64,000 nt of DNA from Lepidodermella squamata (taxonomy: Eukaryota > Animalia > Gastrotricha): positions 2,728,001-2,792,000 of the forward strand of contig JBLDXI010000042.1 in NCBI GenBank assembly GCA_047495785.1, in the 5' to 3' direction. Below the pieces are notes generated by a model. The model was given only the letters and a program-made list of their open reading frames with translations, did no database searches and was not told where the DNA came from. Below are positions 34,689 through 47,096 of this stretch, one piece after another; positions within the stretch are counted from its first letter, which is position 1; each line of letters opens with the position of its first letter. Both the position numbers and the translations under genes were made by a program.

Positions 34689-35934
34689 AGTTCTCGGCAG
34701 TGCATACAAAATATTCAGAATATTTTTCTATTTGTGAAAAAAACAAAAATTGAGGAACAAACATACAATTTGGCAGAGCATTTTATAGTGTTATGAAATC
34801 ATAAAAATTTTTAAAGTGGGTTTTCCAGTCATGCGTGGCTTTGCATTGCTCACCGATTTTTTTGTACAACTGAAGACTTGGAACGGATGACAACAACAGA
34901 TTACTGCACCGATTAATTCTTTAAATATTCTACTGGCCTTTGGCATTTTTCTGTGGCGGGGTTTTCGCAAAAGGTATAAAAAACGGCGACTTAGTATAGT
35001 GACGTATTTTTAGACTTGAATGTAAAAATTCAGTGCGAAGCGATTATTCGGTGCAATAACATCGAATTTGTAAACTGCTTCAAGCTATCAATCAGTTGAT
35101 GGGTTTACGGTTTACGCTCGCAATTATGTAAGGAAAACGTAAAATGAGACACCCACCTTCTTCACGCCTCCTCAGACAGAGGCGTGAATGATTGCGCAAG
35201 TTTACAGGATAATTTTCCCATATATTTTCAACACAGGAAAAACTTTTTTCATCGCGTAATGTTTTTTCATCGAAAACCAATGTGACCTGGAATAACCGAC
35301 ATGGAACCGGCCTATATTCAAACTCTGTCAATCATCACTGCTCAATCACTTATTCGAGGTGCTTGTAAATTCCGATAGTTTTATTCATTCTCAGCTCCAG
35401 TCGACTCTAAAATCCGTGCCGACGAGTTATAGCAGGAATCGGTTCATCAAAATGACGTCCATTGACCTAGAAATGGAATCATACCTTCTATTTACTTTCT
35501 GGTTCAAGAATAACCTAGATCCTAGAGAATCTAATAATAGAGCCCTTAATTCGAACAATTTTGTGTGGTCGGTGATTTTTCATTAAGGGAATAAAAAATA
35601 GCTCCTATTGGTTCAAAAATGTAGTCCTCCTAGCTTGTAAAATACAAAAGGACAACGTTGCGCTCGCGACAAGCGCGATTCAGGCGACCATGAGTAGTTT
35701 TCTTGAGGTAATTTTTGTTGTTGTAATGAATGTTGAGAAAATAATGTTTACAAATTCGGAAAGTTCGCTTCAAACTACAGTCGCGTACCTATTTTTTTTA
35801 TTTTCTTTTAATTATTTTCTTCTAAATTCAGAAAAAGTCGTTTAACATTCAAAATGCTCGAAATCAAGCAAAAACGAACCATTTTCCTGCGCGCAATGCA
35901 AAATTAATGTACTTATTAATTTTTTGGAAATGAA

Positions 35935-35980
35935 GTAGTATGGGTAGTAGTAGTAGTAGTAGTAGTAGTAAGTAGTAGTA
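35935..35980 (+). repeat. Imperfect (TAG)n microsatellite
   Basis: gtagtagtag... run. Confidence 0.85.
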
Positions 35981-36670
35981 TCTTGAGGCGAACTTTTCGA
36001 ATCTGTAAACAGTTTCCCGAAATTCCCGAAATTCTCTGAGAATAAAACACGCACAATTCGCCCATATACAGCAACAGTTGTGTACTTGTGTAAACCGGAG
36101 TGTACCTATAAACCGGAATTTCTCTAAGCCGGACGGATTTCAGTGGCTCTTGCAGAAAGTGTGCACTTAACATGACAATTTGTCGCTTAAAAAACAGGAC
36201 TTTTTCTAATTTTTATACGTGGGAAGGTTAAAAAGTCTGGTTCAGACATTTTTTCTTTGTTTTCGCCATTTTTCAAGCATCAGTTCCGCTTGTTCCAGCT
36301 TCATTTTGAGCAATTTTTTCGAGTGGTGTCACGAGGTGGAACCATGGCAACGAACGAGAAACGTGTGCTCTTTACAAATATTGCATCGCAAAGTTCGATG
36401 GAACTGGTTTCGAGTCGGATATTTCAGCTTGCCTGATGAAATAATTTACATCCTTTTTCAATGAAGCATTTTGCAATTTATTCAGATATTTCACTGAACT
36501 TCTTTGAAACATTGAATTGAAGAGACTATTATTTTGTTTTTATCATGTCACAAATAATATTCGAATGTCAAGGATCACAAGACTAATTTCATCAGTAGAA
36601 GTATATTCTGAAATTTGAACAACATAATTACGCACCGAAAATGAGTTTTCTTTATCCCAACGTAATAACT

Positions 36671-36997
36671 TCACGCGTTGTAAAGCCGGCAAGAAATTGT
36701 GCTGCGGCCCATACAAACCGGGCAGCCCTGCAGGAGGGTGCGGCAGTCGCTGTTGCGCCGGCACGTTGCCACGTGGGTCTTGAAGCAGCGGTACCCAGGA
36801 AACACACCACATTCCGACCAGCACCGGCCATTGCTCGAGTCGCAGCCGTATCGATGACCACAATTCACCATTGACTGGCCGATTGCTTGCGCTGGTCTAG
36901 CTCCTGGCAGCAAGAAGTTGAGTGACTCGACGCCGGGAAGGATAGCAGCGGCGGCTATCACGACAATGAGGCAAACAGCGACCGGAGTAGAATTCAT
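36671..36997 (-). CDS. Secreted 10-Cys peptide precursor B
   Basis: Signal peptide, short pro-region, CGHRYGCDSSNGRCWSECGVFPGYRCFKTHVATCRRNSDCRTLLQGCPVCMGRSTISC. Confidence 0.82.
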   Translation of the reverse strand: MNSTPVAVCLIVVIAAAAILPGVESLNFLLPGARPAQAIGQSMVNCGHRYGCDSSNGRCWSECGVFPGYRCFKTHVATCRRNSDCRTLLQGCPVCMGRSTISCRLYNA

Positions 36998-37934
36998 TTT
37001 TTCCCTCAGCGATGTTAAATTAAAGAAAAAATGAGCGGTGAAAATGATTGTTTCAGCGGCGTAATTGTGCCGGCTTTTATAAGCTCGAATTTCAAAATAT
37101 TATCATGAAAAACCGCGTCATATCCGAAGCCGTTGTTTTTTTCGCTCACCGGCTTTTTGAACCGTGTCGCGAATCTGTAATGAAGTGTTTTTTTAGTTTT
37201 TTTATCGAAGCTCACCGCAGGTGTATAACTTTAATACGGAAAAATAATAGGCTTCACTACTGTTTTTTGTGTGGATTCTGAGCGCGTGGGATTAGGGATA
37301 ACATTTATTGTTTCTATTTTCTATTTTCAAACAAACATGTGGGAATAACAAACAAAAATACGGCCGGTAGGGCTCAACGGTGTGAGAAAAATTCGGGAGC
37401 GGCAGAGGGGTTAGGCGGTGCTTTATGGAAATGCTGTTAATCATTTTGCTCAAAGGTCGAAGTTGAAGGGTTAACGATATTCACGTGAACATTAGAACCC
37501 GCAAAAAATCAACAAATTCTAAAGCTGTCCGCGCGGGTTTTCAAGCAGGTTTCATTCCGGGTACCCAGGGAAAAATAAATGCGAATCATATCCGTCTGGG
37601 AGACTGTCTTACAGAAAACCCTCTTTAATCCCAAACTAAAATTAACTTCATAAATAAAAAAAGCAATATTTTCTCGCGACTCATTTTACTCGATTAAAAG
37701 TCAGACATCGACTTTCCAGCAGTGCGATAAAGGTAGGCAATCAGCGTAGATATGAAATATGAGTATAGATATAACAATCTTTTGTACAATCTGAGCTTAA
37801 TGGTAGAAATAGTAATCGTAAAGATAAAATCAACATGGTATTATCGATGTATTAATTTGAGACGCATCGGGCTGATGAGGAAGACGAAAAAAAACTAAAA
37901 ATTATTTTGAGCAAGTTCGCGTTGAGCATTGAAA

Positions 37935-38882
37935 TCACTGGCAGCTATTTGAAGCTTCATCGGTCCATTCAGTCTGGTCGCCACTTTCTGTCGATTCAGC
38001 GTCAGACATTTCAGCATCTTCATTTTTAGAAGCAACGTGTTCCTGGTCAAACGATTTCGCACCAGCCTCGACCAGCGATTCGAAGGGGCTAGCAGTGAAC
38101 TGCTGCTGAACTTCCGCAGGTCGGTTCTCGACGACGACTGGCATGTGAATCATGACTGGTTGATGCGCAAGGTCGGGTTGAACGAACGAGGCGACGGGCG
38201 GTAATGGCGAAAGCGGGGCACTAGGCTTCGATAGTTGCTGAGCCAACGTCGGCATCATGGCCAAGGTCTGAGCAGTCTCCTCACGTTTTCGCCGCAGCTT
38301 TCCTTCGAGGGCACGACGATTCTGGAACCACACTTTGACCTGAAAAAAAATTCGAATAATAAAAATCCTCCTTAAAAATATTATTGCGATACAAACCTGG
38401 CGTTCAGTTAAGCCGAGAGTCCGTGACAGTTGCGCTTTTCGATCAGTGGTGATGTACATGCAAGAGCGGAACTCGACCTCGAGTGAACAGCGCTGAGCTT
38501 CCGAGAAAACAGCCCGCCGGTATCTGGCTCGACCCGACTCATATGAAGCATCTGGATTTCGTCGCCGTTTCGCCGGTTTCGATTTGGCCTTGGCATCTTC
38601 AGTCGATGATTCGTCAGGAGCAGCTAATTGCGGTCGATGTAATTCCGCGAGATTTGAATTTGGCACAAGGCGAAAACTTGGCAGCAGGGCGGGGAAAGCC
38701 GGCTGGGTGTGGGCGCGGGGCGGGAATTGAGACGACGCGAAATCGGGATGAAACTGTTCGGCAGTCGGAAACGGTTGAGGAAACGGTGTCGAGAAAAACA
38801 AGGGCTGCTGCTGCTGTTGTTGATTTTGTTGCTGCGGTTGATTTTGCTGATAAGCCGACGAAGGCAACTGAAGGTACATCAT
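37935..38882 (-). CDS. cdx: ANTP-class homeobox protein, divergent caudal/Cdx-like; intron 38396-38340
   Basis: Homeodomain RYRRAVFSEAQRCSLEVEFRSCMYITTDRKAQLSRTLGLTERQ|VKVWFQNRRALEGK; YIT..RK and NRRA.E.K are Cdx-type; orthology uncertain. Confidence 0.75.
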   Translation of the reverse strand: MMYLQLPSSAYQQNQPQQQNQQQQQQPLFFSTPFPQPFPTAEQFHPDFASSQFPPRAHTQPAFPALLPSFRLVPNSNLAELHRPQLAAPDESSTEDAKAKSKPAKRRRNPDASYESGRARYRRAVFSEAQRCSLEVEFRSCMYITTDRKAQLSRTLGLTERQVCIAIIFLRRIFIIRIFFQVKVWFQNRRALEGKLRRKREETAQTLAMMPTLAQQLSKPSAPLSPLPPVASFVQPDLAHQPVMIHMPVVVENRPAEVQQQFTASPFESLVEAGAKSFDQEHVASKNEDAEMSDAESTESGDQTEWTDEASNSCQ

Positions 38883-39499
38883 TATAATCGCGACCAGCAA
38901 AAAATATCGACGGTAATAAAGCGTCTATTACAGAAATAAAAATCATACGATAGTAAATGATAGCAATCAAAAGGACGACGATGGCCACATCCGAGTACTA
39001 TCACACACACACGAACGTAATGTCGAGTAACGAGTAATAAGTGCGCGCGGTGCAATTATGAAACGTAACTGGGCAATAATGACCTGATTCAGCGTCTTTG
39101 GCGGCTTTTATTACTCCACAACGCGCGGACTGACCTCGGCTGATCTTAAAGGCGGCGACTCTCTTTCATTTGACTCGGCTGTTTTTCAAATTACGCGCCC
39201 TCAATCTGGCAGGTTAACAGCTTTGCTTGCTTTTTTTTTTACCAATAAAGGAGACTTTCGTGATTGATAAGAAATAAGTAAAAATTAGGGGCAAAATGTG
39301 TTGTCACGCGTCGAAGAGAAAAATCGAGGCACCAAGGTTGATGTTTCACTGTGTCTACGCAAAAACTGTCCATCATCGCTGTTAAATCACGCCGTGGGGC
39401 GAAAAATCGAACGTGCTACTTTTAAGGCGGAACATTTATTAATTTCCAACTAATCTGCCAGTTGAATTATTCGTCTCGTTTATGACAATATAAACTGGA

Positions 39500-39895
39500 A
39501 TGATTTCACATTATAGGCATTCATCGCTCAGTTTTCAATGCGACAACTTATCAGATGAAGATCTCATCCTTGATATCGAACGCGCCGCCGAAGCGCTGAA
39601 ATATTGGGACATGTGGCTGGAAGAAGTCATCAGCCTATTTCAGGTACCTCTGCACATTTCACTGGAAGACGAAACCAGTGATGCTGCGATCTTAGCCGTG
39701 GAGCTACGGTCAAAGCAAGTTGTGATGAGCGAAGTTTTAAGACGCATCAATTTCGATTGTAAAGAAGCAAGAAATGCGATAAAACGTGTCAAATCAGGCT
39801 CTGACGTTCCACCTGAGACGATCTGCGAATCTCCTAGCTCATCACTAAGTTCACTAGGCGACCCGGTAAGACTGCCGAAGATGATAACCAATTGA
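39500..39895 (+). CDS. Possible small uncharacterised protein or exon
   Basis: 131-aa ORF with protein-like helical composition; no motif recognised. Confidence 0.3.
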   Translation: MISHYRHSSLSFQCDNLSDEDLILDIERAAEALKYWDMWLEEVISLFQVPLHISLEDETSDAAILAVELRSKQVVMSEVLRRINFDCKEARNAIKRVKSGSDVPPETICESPSSSLSSLGDPVRLPKMITN

Positions 39896-40081
39896 TTTCA
39901 ACATGTTTTTGCGTTTAGTTATGTTACGTTGAACCAGCAAAAACCAATAGTAACCAAGTTGGAAATTTCACTGATTTTGCCGATGAGTTAAAAAAATCAA
40001 AACCCCGCCGCAAAAATGTTAAAAAATTGTGCAGAATTCTATAATTATTTATTGAAAATAATAAAATGTTATCAGGAAAAA

Positions 40082-42639
40082 TTAGTAAAGGTTTATAGTG
40101 TTCAGTATCCAAGGAAGGGCTTTGCAAACCCTTCCGAAAATGTTCGGATATCCTTGCACATTGCATCGGCCATTCGAATCAGCCGCGACCCAGGACGCAA
40201 CGCCAATGATGAAAGAGCTATTCTTAAGCTGGCAGGTGAGTGCTCCACCGCTGTCGCCGAAACAAATCGACTGAGGACTGCCGTTTCCCGAACAGAGCTG
40301 GGCATCAGACAAAGGAACCTGCCAAGCTACAGCACAGTCGTTCGGAGAGCGCAATTTCATTTTTACAGATCGAGGCACGGCTGGAGCTGCTCCACCTAAA
40401 AAAGCTTGAAATTACCTCCATTTTAAATTTATTTATTTTCTTACTTTCGATTAACCCCCAGCCGGCTATTGAGCCTTCGGTACATCCGTCAATAGTCGCG
40501 CTGTAGTAACTGGTACCTTTTCGGCACGAATCATCACTCGGCAGATTGATAGGCCGAATGTTTTTCGTAGAATTGACAGATTTAACGAGTTTGATCATCG
40601 CAAAATCGTAGTTGAGCTGAAAGTCGTAGTTGATGTGTCGAACTATCCACAGCCACTGAGGATTCAATGCGCCTGGCTCCAGGCTTTTCGTGATATCACG
40701 CTGTCCGAGGTAAATTTTTATACTATAAGAGAAATGTTAACAACCGAGACCAATAGCTTCAAGGGCTTACTCTTGAACGTTGACGAAAGTTGGATAGGCT
40801 TTGTCGGTGATGCAATGAGCAGCAGTGAGGATCCAATTGTTTGAGATCAAACTGCCTGTACAGGATACTATAAGGCCGTTCGAGAATGATATCTTCAGGT
40901 AAGCCTGAAATTAGAGCAGTGGATAGGTAGAAAATGCTAACGGACGATACGAATGCAGGACAATGTTAAAAATAAGTATTTAAATACTCTAAAAAATTTA
41001 AATTCAGAAATTTTGATGTCCCATGTCACATCACGATCTCTGGTTTTCTAATTTAAAATTTTTAAAATTTATTAAAAATTTTTTAAATTGAAATCTTAGT
41101 TTTCATTTCAATTTTAATTTTTAATTTTTAATTAATTTTCAATAATTTTTCTTAGCATTTTATCGTTGAAGATTAAATAGAGTTTACCAGCCACGGCGCA
41201 TCTTTAAGCTGGATGTCCGCTCCACCGTAAATTCCAAGTTGAGGCAACTGCGAATCCTCCCTCGCCGCAAGCTCGGCTTCCTCATCGGAAACATGGGGCG
41301 ATTTCAGCTTGTTGTAAACACGCGGTATCAAGCCCGCCGATTGCATCGCCTCATTTCCATCAAAATGAGCCGCTATTTCGTTGTCGGTCATAGCGTGAAG
41401 GCTAATCAGCAGCTCGTCAAAGTCGAACGCGAATAAGCTATCGCCACCGATCACGTACGGGCAGTGGCTTATTTTTAAGCTGGAACCAGGTTCAAATTTC
41501 GTGGTATTCACCAACTTCGCATCAACGAAAACCTCCAATTTTCCGACATCGCCGCTGAAAATCACGCAAATTTGAGTAAATTTTAAGCTGGATGAATCCA
41601 AGCTCAGTGCAACGTTTAAATTTTCACGAATTGATCTAATCGTTATATCGAGCTTAAGTCCAGAAATCAGGGTTATTTTTGCGGAATTATCGTTGGATAA
41701 TATTGAACCAGCGCAATTTTCGATATTCTCGCATCGGAAGAAAAAGCACCAAGAAGCCTGCGAACCCAGCGCGACAGATTTCATTCCAGGTATTTCGATT
41801 TTACCTAGCTGAGACCCGTTAAAATATGCCGAACCGTACCCGCGAGCGACGTGAGATTTATTGAAATTTTCAATATCAACCCCGCCGGTTGGAAAAGTTG
41901 AGTACTTGCTGCTGGAAGAGTCGCGGAAATCGTCTTCAAACGCCATGTAAAGCAAACACTGTCGGCTTGAATCTGTCTGATTAGTTTCAACGTAAGTCGA
42001 ACAAGAGCAGTCGCTGATCGAAAATACCGTCCCTTCTGGGCAGTTAAAGGAAACGTTATTCCCCATAAGGAACGAGCCACTATTAGGACCAGGGTAAAGA
42101 ATGCTACCGGAACTATCTCGGCAAAATGAGCCATCGGGTGAAGTTTCGGGCGGCGTGAAATCTGCAGTTTGGTTGCTATGGAAACCGTTCTGGCAGGGAT
42201 CTTTGCAAGTAGAATTTTCATCGAAAACACAGCTGCAGTTCGATGATTCGAAGAAGGTTCCGAAAGGGCAGCACATCGGGTGTGAAATTCCGTTGGAACA
42301 TGAGAAGTAGGATGAGCAGCTATCAGGGTTAGCGAAACACCTCAAACCTGAATTGCTGCAAGCGTCGTAGCAGGATCTTTTCGGGTCCTCAGGGGCGCAT
42401 TGAAGAATTTCATCGCGCCAACTCTGCCCGGCTGGGCACTGCCGTAAGAAACCGATTGAACTTGTTTCATTCAGGTAAAAACACTGGTAATACGTGTGAC
42501 AATTGTCAGGATTTGCGTATAAATCCTTTGAGTTTCTACGGTTTTTACAGGTGAAGCAAAATAACGCATCTTTTGAGGCTAAAGTGTCACCCAATATCAA
42601 AACCGTAACAGCTAAAGCCAGCAAGAAATTTGGTAACAT
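40082..42639 (-). CDS. Secreted modular S1 serine protease: chitin-binding type-2 (CBM14)-like repeats + ConA/LamG-like domain + trypsin-fold domain; exons 42639-41188, 40904-40771, 40722-40445, 40395-40082
   Basis: Signal peptide; peritrophin-like Cys motifs; IYGG..APWL spliced to WILTAAHC, YDFAMIKL and ICFGDSGG (intact triad); intron phases checked. Confidence 0.88.
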
Positions 42640-43096
42640 TTTTCATTTTGAATATGGTTTAATCGTGAAATCTTTATTTCGTAAAAATTAGGCCCAAGCT
42701 GGTGCTAGATACACTTGCAGCGCGTGGCTAGGTTAAAACGACAAATAATTTTGAAATAAAATAAAATTTTATTCTCAAGGTTTATCTTATTTTTTTTAGC
42801 ATTTTTTCGAAATCGGTCAAAAATAATTTCTAATGCGAATTGAAGACATTGCAATATGAAGTTAGGTGACACGTTATAACACGATAACAGCTATCAGCAT
42901 TAATGGTGTTGTAATCCTCGGGAAAAAACTCCAAGATATGACTGCTAAAGACACATTCACACGCGAAAGAAAAATCTAGGTAGTCCGTAGTAGTCAGGTC
43001 AGGCGTTTTTTCACCTCATCATCAAACTTCATTTAACGTGGTCTTGACGCGGCTTTTACATCAAATTTTCCTCGAAATTTAATTTCTGTGAATAAA

Positions 43097-43776
43097 ATGG
43101 CGACTAAAACTTCCATCTACATTGTCTATTATTCGATGTATGGCCATGTTCGGAAATTGGCCGAAGCTGTGAAAGCAGGTCTGGAGAAGGTCGACGGGGT
43201 CGAGGCTAAGCTTTTCCAAGTTGCCGAAACTTTGCCGAAGGAAGTTTTGGAGAAAATGCACGCGCCGCCTAAATCCGATGACCCAATTATCACAGCCGAA
43301 GAGCTGGCTAAAGCTGACGGCGTGTTGTTCGGAATCCCGACTCGATTCGGCTCAGCCTGCGCTCAAATCAAGACATTCATGGACTCGACTGGGCAACTGT
43401 GGTTTACCGGAGGTTTGCAGGGCAAACCGGCTGGAATTTTTGTAAGCACAGCCACGCTTGGCGGAGGCCAGGAAACTACGGCTATGACTTTCATCGGCCA
43501 TTTTGCTCATCACGGAATGCTTTTTGTGCCGACAGGTCGGAGAAAGTTGTAAATTTGTTGCTAGTAATGTAATTTGCTGTTATTTCAGGCAATAGCGATG
43601 CCTTTAAAGGTTTAAATGAAGTTCGAGGAGGTTCGCCCTGGGGAGCTGGTACCTATTCCGGCTCTGATGGCTCTCGCATGCCGTCAGAAGCCGAGCTTCA
43701 ACTTGCCTCTGACCAAGGAACGAATTTCGCTAAAACCGCCAAGGCCTTGAAGATTGGACGAGCTGCTTCAGCCTAA
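43097..43776 (+). CDS. wrbA: WrbA/FQR1-family NAD(P)H:quinone oxidoreductase copy 1; exons 43097-43535, 43589-43776
   Basis: YYSMYGH FMN loop, GIPTRFG, GGGQETT, HHGM, GGSPWGAG. Confidence 0.95.
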
Positions 43777-45526
43777 ACCCATCGCATGATTTTTTTGTCC
43801 GATTTGACCTGATTAAATGACATTTCCAAATTTAAAATTTTTAAGCCTGCCATGAACTGATTGTAATTTTTGTTGGGAAGAATAAATTTAGCTCCGGTGT
43901 AGCTTTAAACAGCTGATTTTTTAATATTTTCTATGCGTATTGCCTTCAATAAAGAATTTCTAATTATCGTGTATAAATTTTTCGAATTTTGGTGAAAAAA
44001 TAAACATTAGGTCTTACCGTTTTAATGATGTTTTTCGAGGTTTTTAAAATTAAGTCCCAATTCAGAAATAGGTCAATTATGGAACAAAGTTGTGTTAGGT
44101 GAGCCCTGATTTATCGTTAAAATTTGGTGATTTTACGATGTTTACCTGATTTTTAGCGCTTATTTGCATATGCATTAAATATAGCATTTCTTTAAAATCA
44201 AGTATTGCTCCAATCACACTGGGACTTACGCCATTCGAAAGCTCAAGAGACGGGGAATTTTATGCAACAAACCCTGTGACTTTATGGAGTTACCAGAATT
44301 AGCACAGAAGTTTTTCCGCAGTACTGAGTCGCAGTATTTTCAGATGCCTCTCGCTGATAGCCGCATTCTCATTTTTTCATCTGAGACATCGCCGGGTATA
44401 GGCGACAGAACTACTTACCTCAAACAGATGGCACAATGCTTTTGATGCACAGAAAAAAAAACTTGCATTATAGTTATCATTATCATGCACGCCCCCTTGA
44501 CTAGGTGAAGATGCAAAAAATTAGTTTACACCATCATCTCTTTCCATTCTGGGCAAGTCGTTCTCTCTCCCACCATCCACCCCGTGCGATATTCGGTCCA
44601 TTTTTCGTCGCACACTCCGATGTATACTGGCATGCTGGCGTCTTGGGCGGTGAAATCCATGCGTATTTGCGCAGGCAGAACACAAACAGACCACTATACT
44701 GCCTGCTTTAAAAGCCCTGACGTGAAAAAACAGCCTACATGCAGTAGTTAGCCGCTACATGACATGGCGCGTATGTATATCTGTATATCGTCATGCGCGG
44801 TGAAAAAAGTACACGAAACGACGTTTCGAGGTAAATCGAAAAATCGTATTTTTCAACTTTGAGAATATCGTCACATCAAAATTACCAGAAAGAATCGTCA
44901 AGAAGGATAATCGAACCCGCTCTTTCGAATGGCGCAATTCGTTTTCTTGTAGGATTCGTACTTTTTGCGCCACAGGTAGAAATGAACATCTATAGCTTTT
45001 TTGGTTTTTTTTTGCGGGTGAACACATGGTTTACGAGCGCCTCTTGTTTAATTCTTCGCGACCCCCACAATTTCAATGCTCAGATTTTCATTTTTATTTT
45101 TTATCATAAAATCGGAGCCTGACGAATCCATTTGCAACTTGTTCGTAAAGTGCCAAGGCTGTTTGCTAATGGAACTAGTTCGTGCTTATCGGCGTGTATT
45201 AGCTATGAATCATTCGCACTGGTGATTATTGATTTGAGCTATTTATTTATCTATGGAGCTATTGTATAAACAAGGGCCGCCAATAATTTTTACGATGCAT
45301 TCATTTTTGTGTGAGAACATACATTTAGTGCGTGGACTTGGCCCGTAGAAAAAAACGACCTCGTTAAAGGAAGAACCCAGTGGACATTTCAATGGGGTCT
45401 TTTGATCAATAAAGAATTTCGAAACCGGGTTGTCAAATTATTGTAGAGCGTGATGAGTTGATCGCGAATCCGTAAGTAATTTTCGGCCGGGTATGGACCT
45501 AGCACTTCTTCCGCGCGCATTATGTG

Positions 45527-45776
45527 ACCACTTTTTAGGCGGGAAACCGTTTGTTATCTGATTGGCTCATTCAAATGAGACGCGGGCGATTCAAACAAGC
45601 ATTTTTTTTCATGAAAATCGAGCTTTTCTGTCAAGGTTGCACGCGATTTGGTGAAAATAGCGCGCGAAAATGGAGTAAAAGCGTTGAAAATCAAAGACAA
45701 CTGCTCGTTCGAATCGCCCGCGTCTCATTTGAATGAGCAAATCAGATAAAAAACGGTTTGCCGCCAAAAAAGTGGT
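45527..45776. mobile_element. MITE with long imperfect inverted repeats
   Basis: ACCACTTTTT.GGCGG.AAACCGTTT..TATCTGATT.GCTCATTCAAATGAGACGCGGGCGATTC is mirrored at ~45708-45776; absent from the paralogous region upstream of copy 3. Confidence 0.8.
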
Positions 45777-45941
45777 TCCGCCAAAAGACGAATATGTAAA
45801 CCGATGTTTTATTAGACTCAGCTCTAAATTCTCGAATGTCTAACCTATTTTAGCTCTTTGAAAATTCTAAAAATATTCTCTTTTTTTCTTATCTTTTTCT
45901 TAGCTCTCCTATTTATTATAAAGGCTTGATTATAGGAAGAA

Positions 45942-46633
45942 ATGGCGAGTAAGACTCAAATTGCGATCGTCTATTATTCGATGTATGGCCACGTCCGAAA
46001 GCTTGCTCATGAAATTAAGAAAGGCGCCGAAAAAGTCGGTAATGTTCAAGTCACGCTGTATCAAGTTCCGGAAACCTTGCCAAAAGAAGTGCTCGAAAGA
46101 ATGCATGCGCCGCCTAAGCCTGATGATAGCATTGCCACACCCAACGACTTGAAGAAAGCCGACGGTGTTTTGTTCGGCATTCCGACTCGCTTCGGCAGTG
46201 CTCCAGCGCAGATGAAGTCATTCATGGACTCAACTGGCCTTCTGTGGACCCAAGGCGGCCTGGCTGGCAAGCCAGCTGGTACCTTTTTCAGCACTGGATC
46301 TCCGGGCGGTGGCCAAGAGACAACCGCCTTGACTTTCACTACGCATTTCGCTCATCACGGAATGATCTACGTCCCTCTAGGTAAAATTATTAAATTTTTA
46401 ATATTAAGGAGGATATTTTATTTTTATTTTGCTTTTCAGGATATGCTAATCCTGGCCTACAAAATTATAAGGAAGTTCACGGAGGTTCGCCGTACGGTGC
46501 TGGCACGTTTGCAGGCGACGGCTCTCGCCAACCTTCTGCCCTTGAACTTTCCCTTGCCGAAACTCAGGGTGAAAATTTTGCGAAAATAGCGAAAGCCCTC
46601 AAGCTCGGCAAGGAAATTGCTGATAAAAAATAA
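45942..46633 (+). CDS. wrbA: WrbA-family quinone oxidoreductase copy 2; exons 45942-46380, 46440-46633
   Basis: Same motifs; intron after VPLG. Confidence 0.95.
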
Positions 46634-46796
46634 CCTGGCTACACTTTGTATAATCAATTTCTTTTATATTATCTAAGCAGTGTTTGTGGTGAGATGCCAT
46701 ATAATTCAGTCCATCTTATTATCCTTAGTGCACGTTCGAAAGTAGCTGATCTATCAGCTTTATAGGCGATGTTAAAATAAACATTCTAATCATGTA

Positions 46797-47096
46797 CATT
46801 GTGTTTGAGGTTGTAAGTTGAAAAAAATCCGCACGCTGATTGGTCAGTTGGCTCGTATCCATGACTCCGCCTTGCTACTTGATCGTGCGATCCATAAAAT
46901 GTTTGCAAAAAATATCTTTTTATGAATGGTTTTACGCATTTGTTGGAAACGCGTGCTACGATACGGCCTTCAAAAAATAATAAAAGCCACAAATTATATA
47001 GATCGCACGATCAAGTAGCAAGGCGGAGTCATGGATACGAGCCAACTGACCAATCAGCGTGCGGATTTTTTTCAACTTACAACCTCAAACACAATG
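46797..47096. mobile_element. 300-bp MITE with ~96-bp apparently perfect TIRs, flanked by TA (Tc1/mariner-like target)
   Basis: 46793-46892 is the reverse complement of 47001-47100; TA at 46795-6 and 47097-8. Confidence 0.88.

Noticed and set aside
37338-37390. Su(H) paired site (TGTGGGAA, TGTGAGAA)
   Set aside because: Same orientation, wrong spacing and far from the hes promoter
46381-46589. Long hydrophobic C-termini of ORF-track wrbA 2 and 5
   Set aside because: Read-through of the 59-nt intron into the wrong frame; splicing restores the conserved C-terminus
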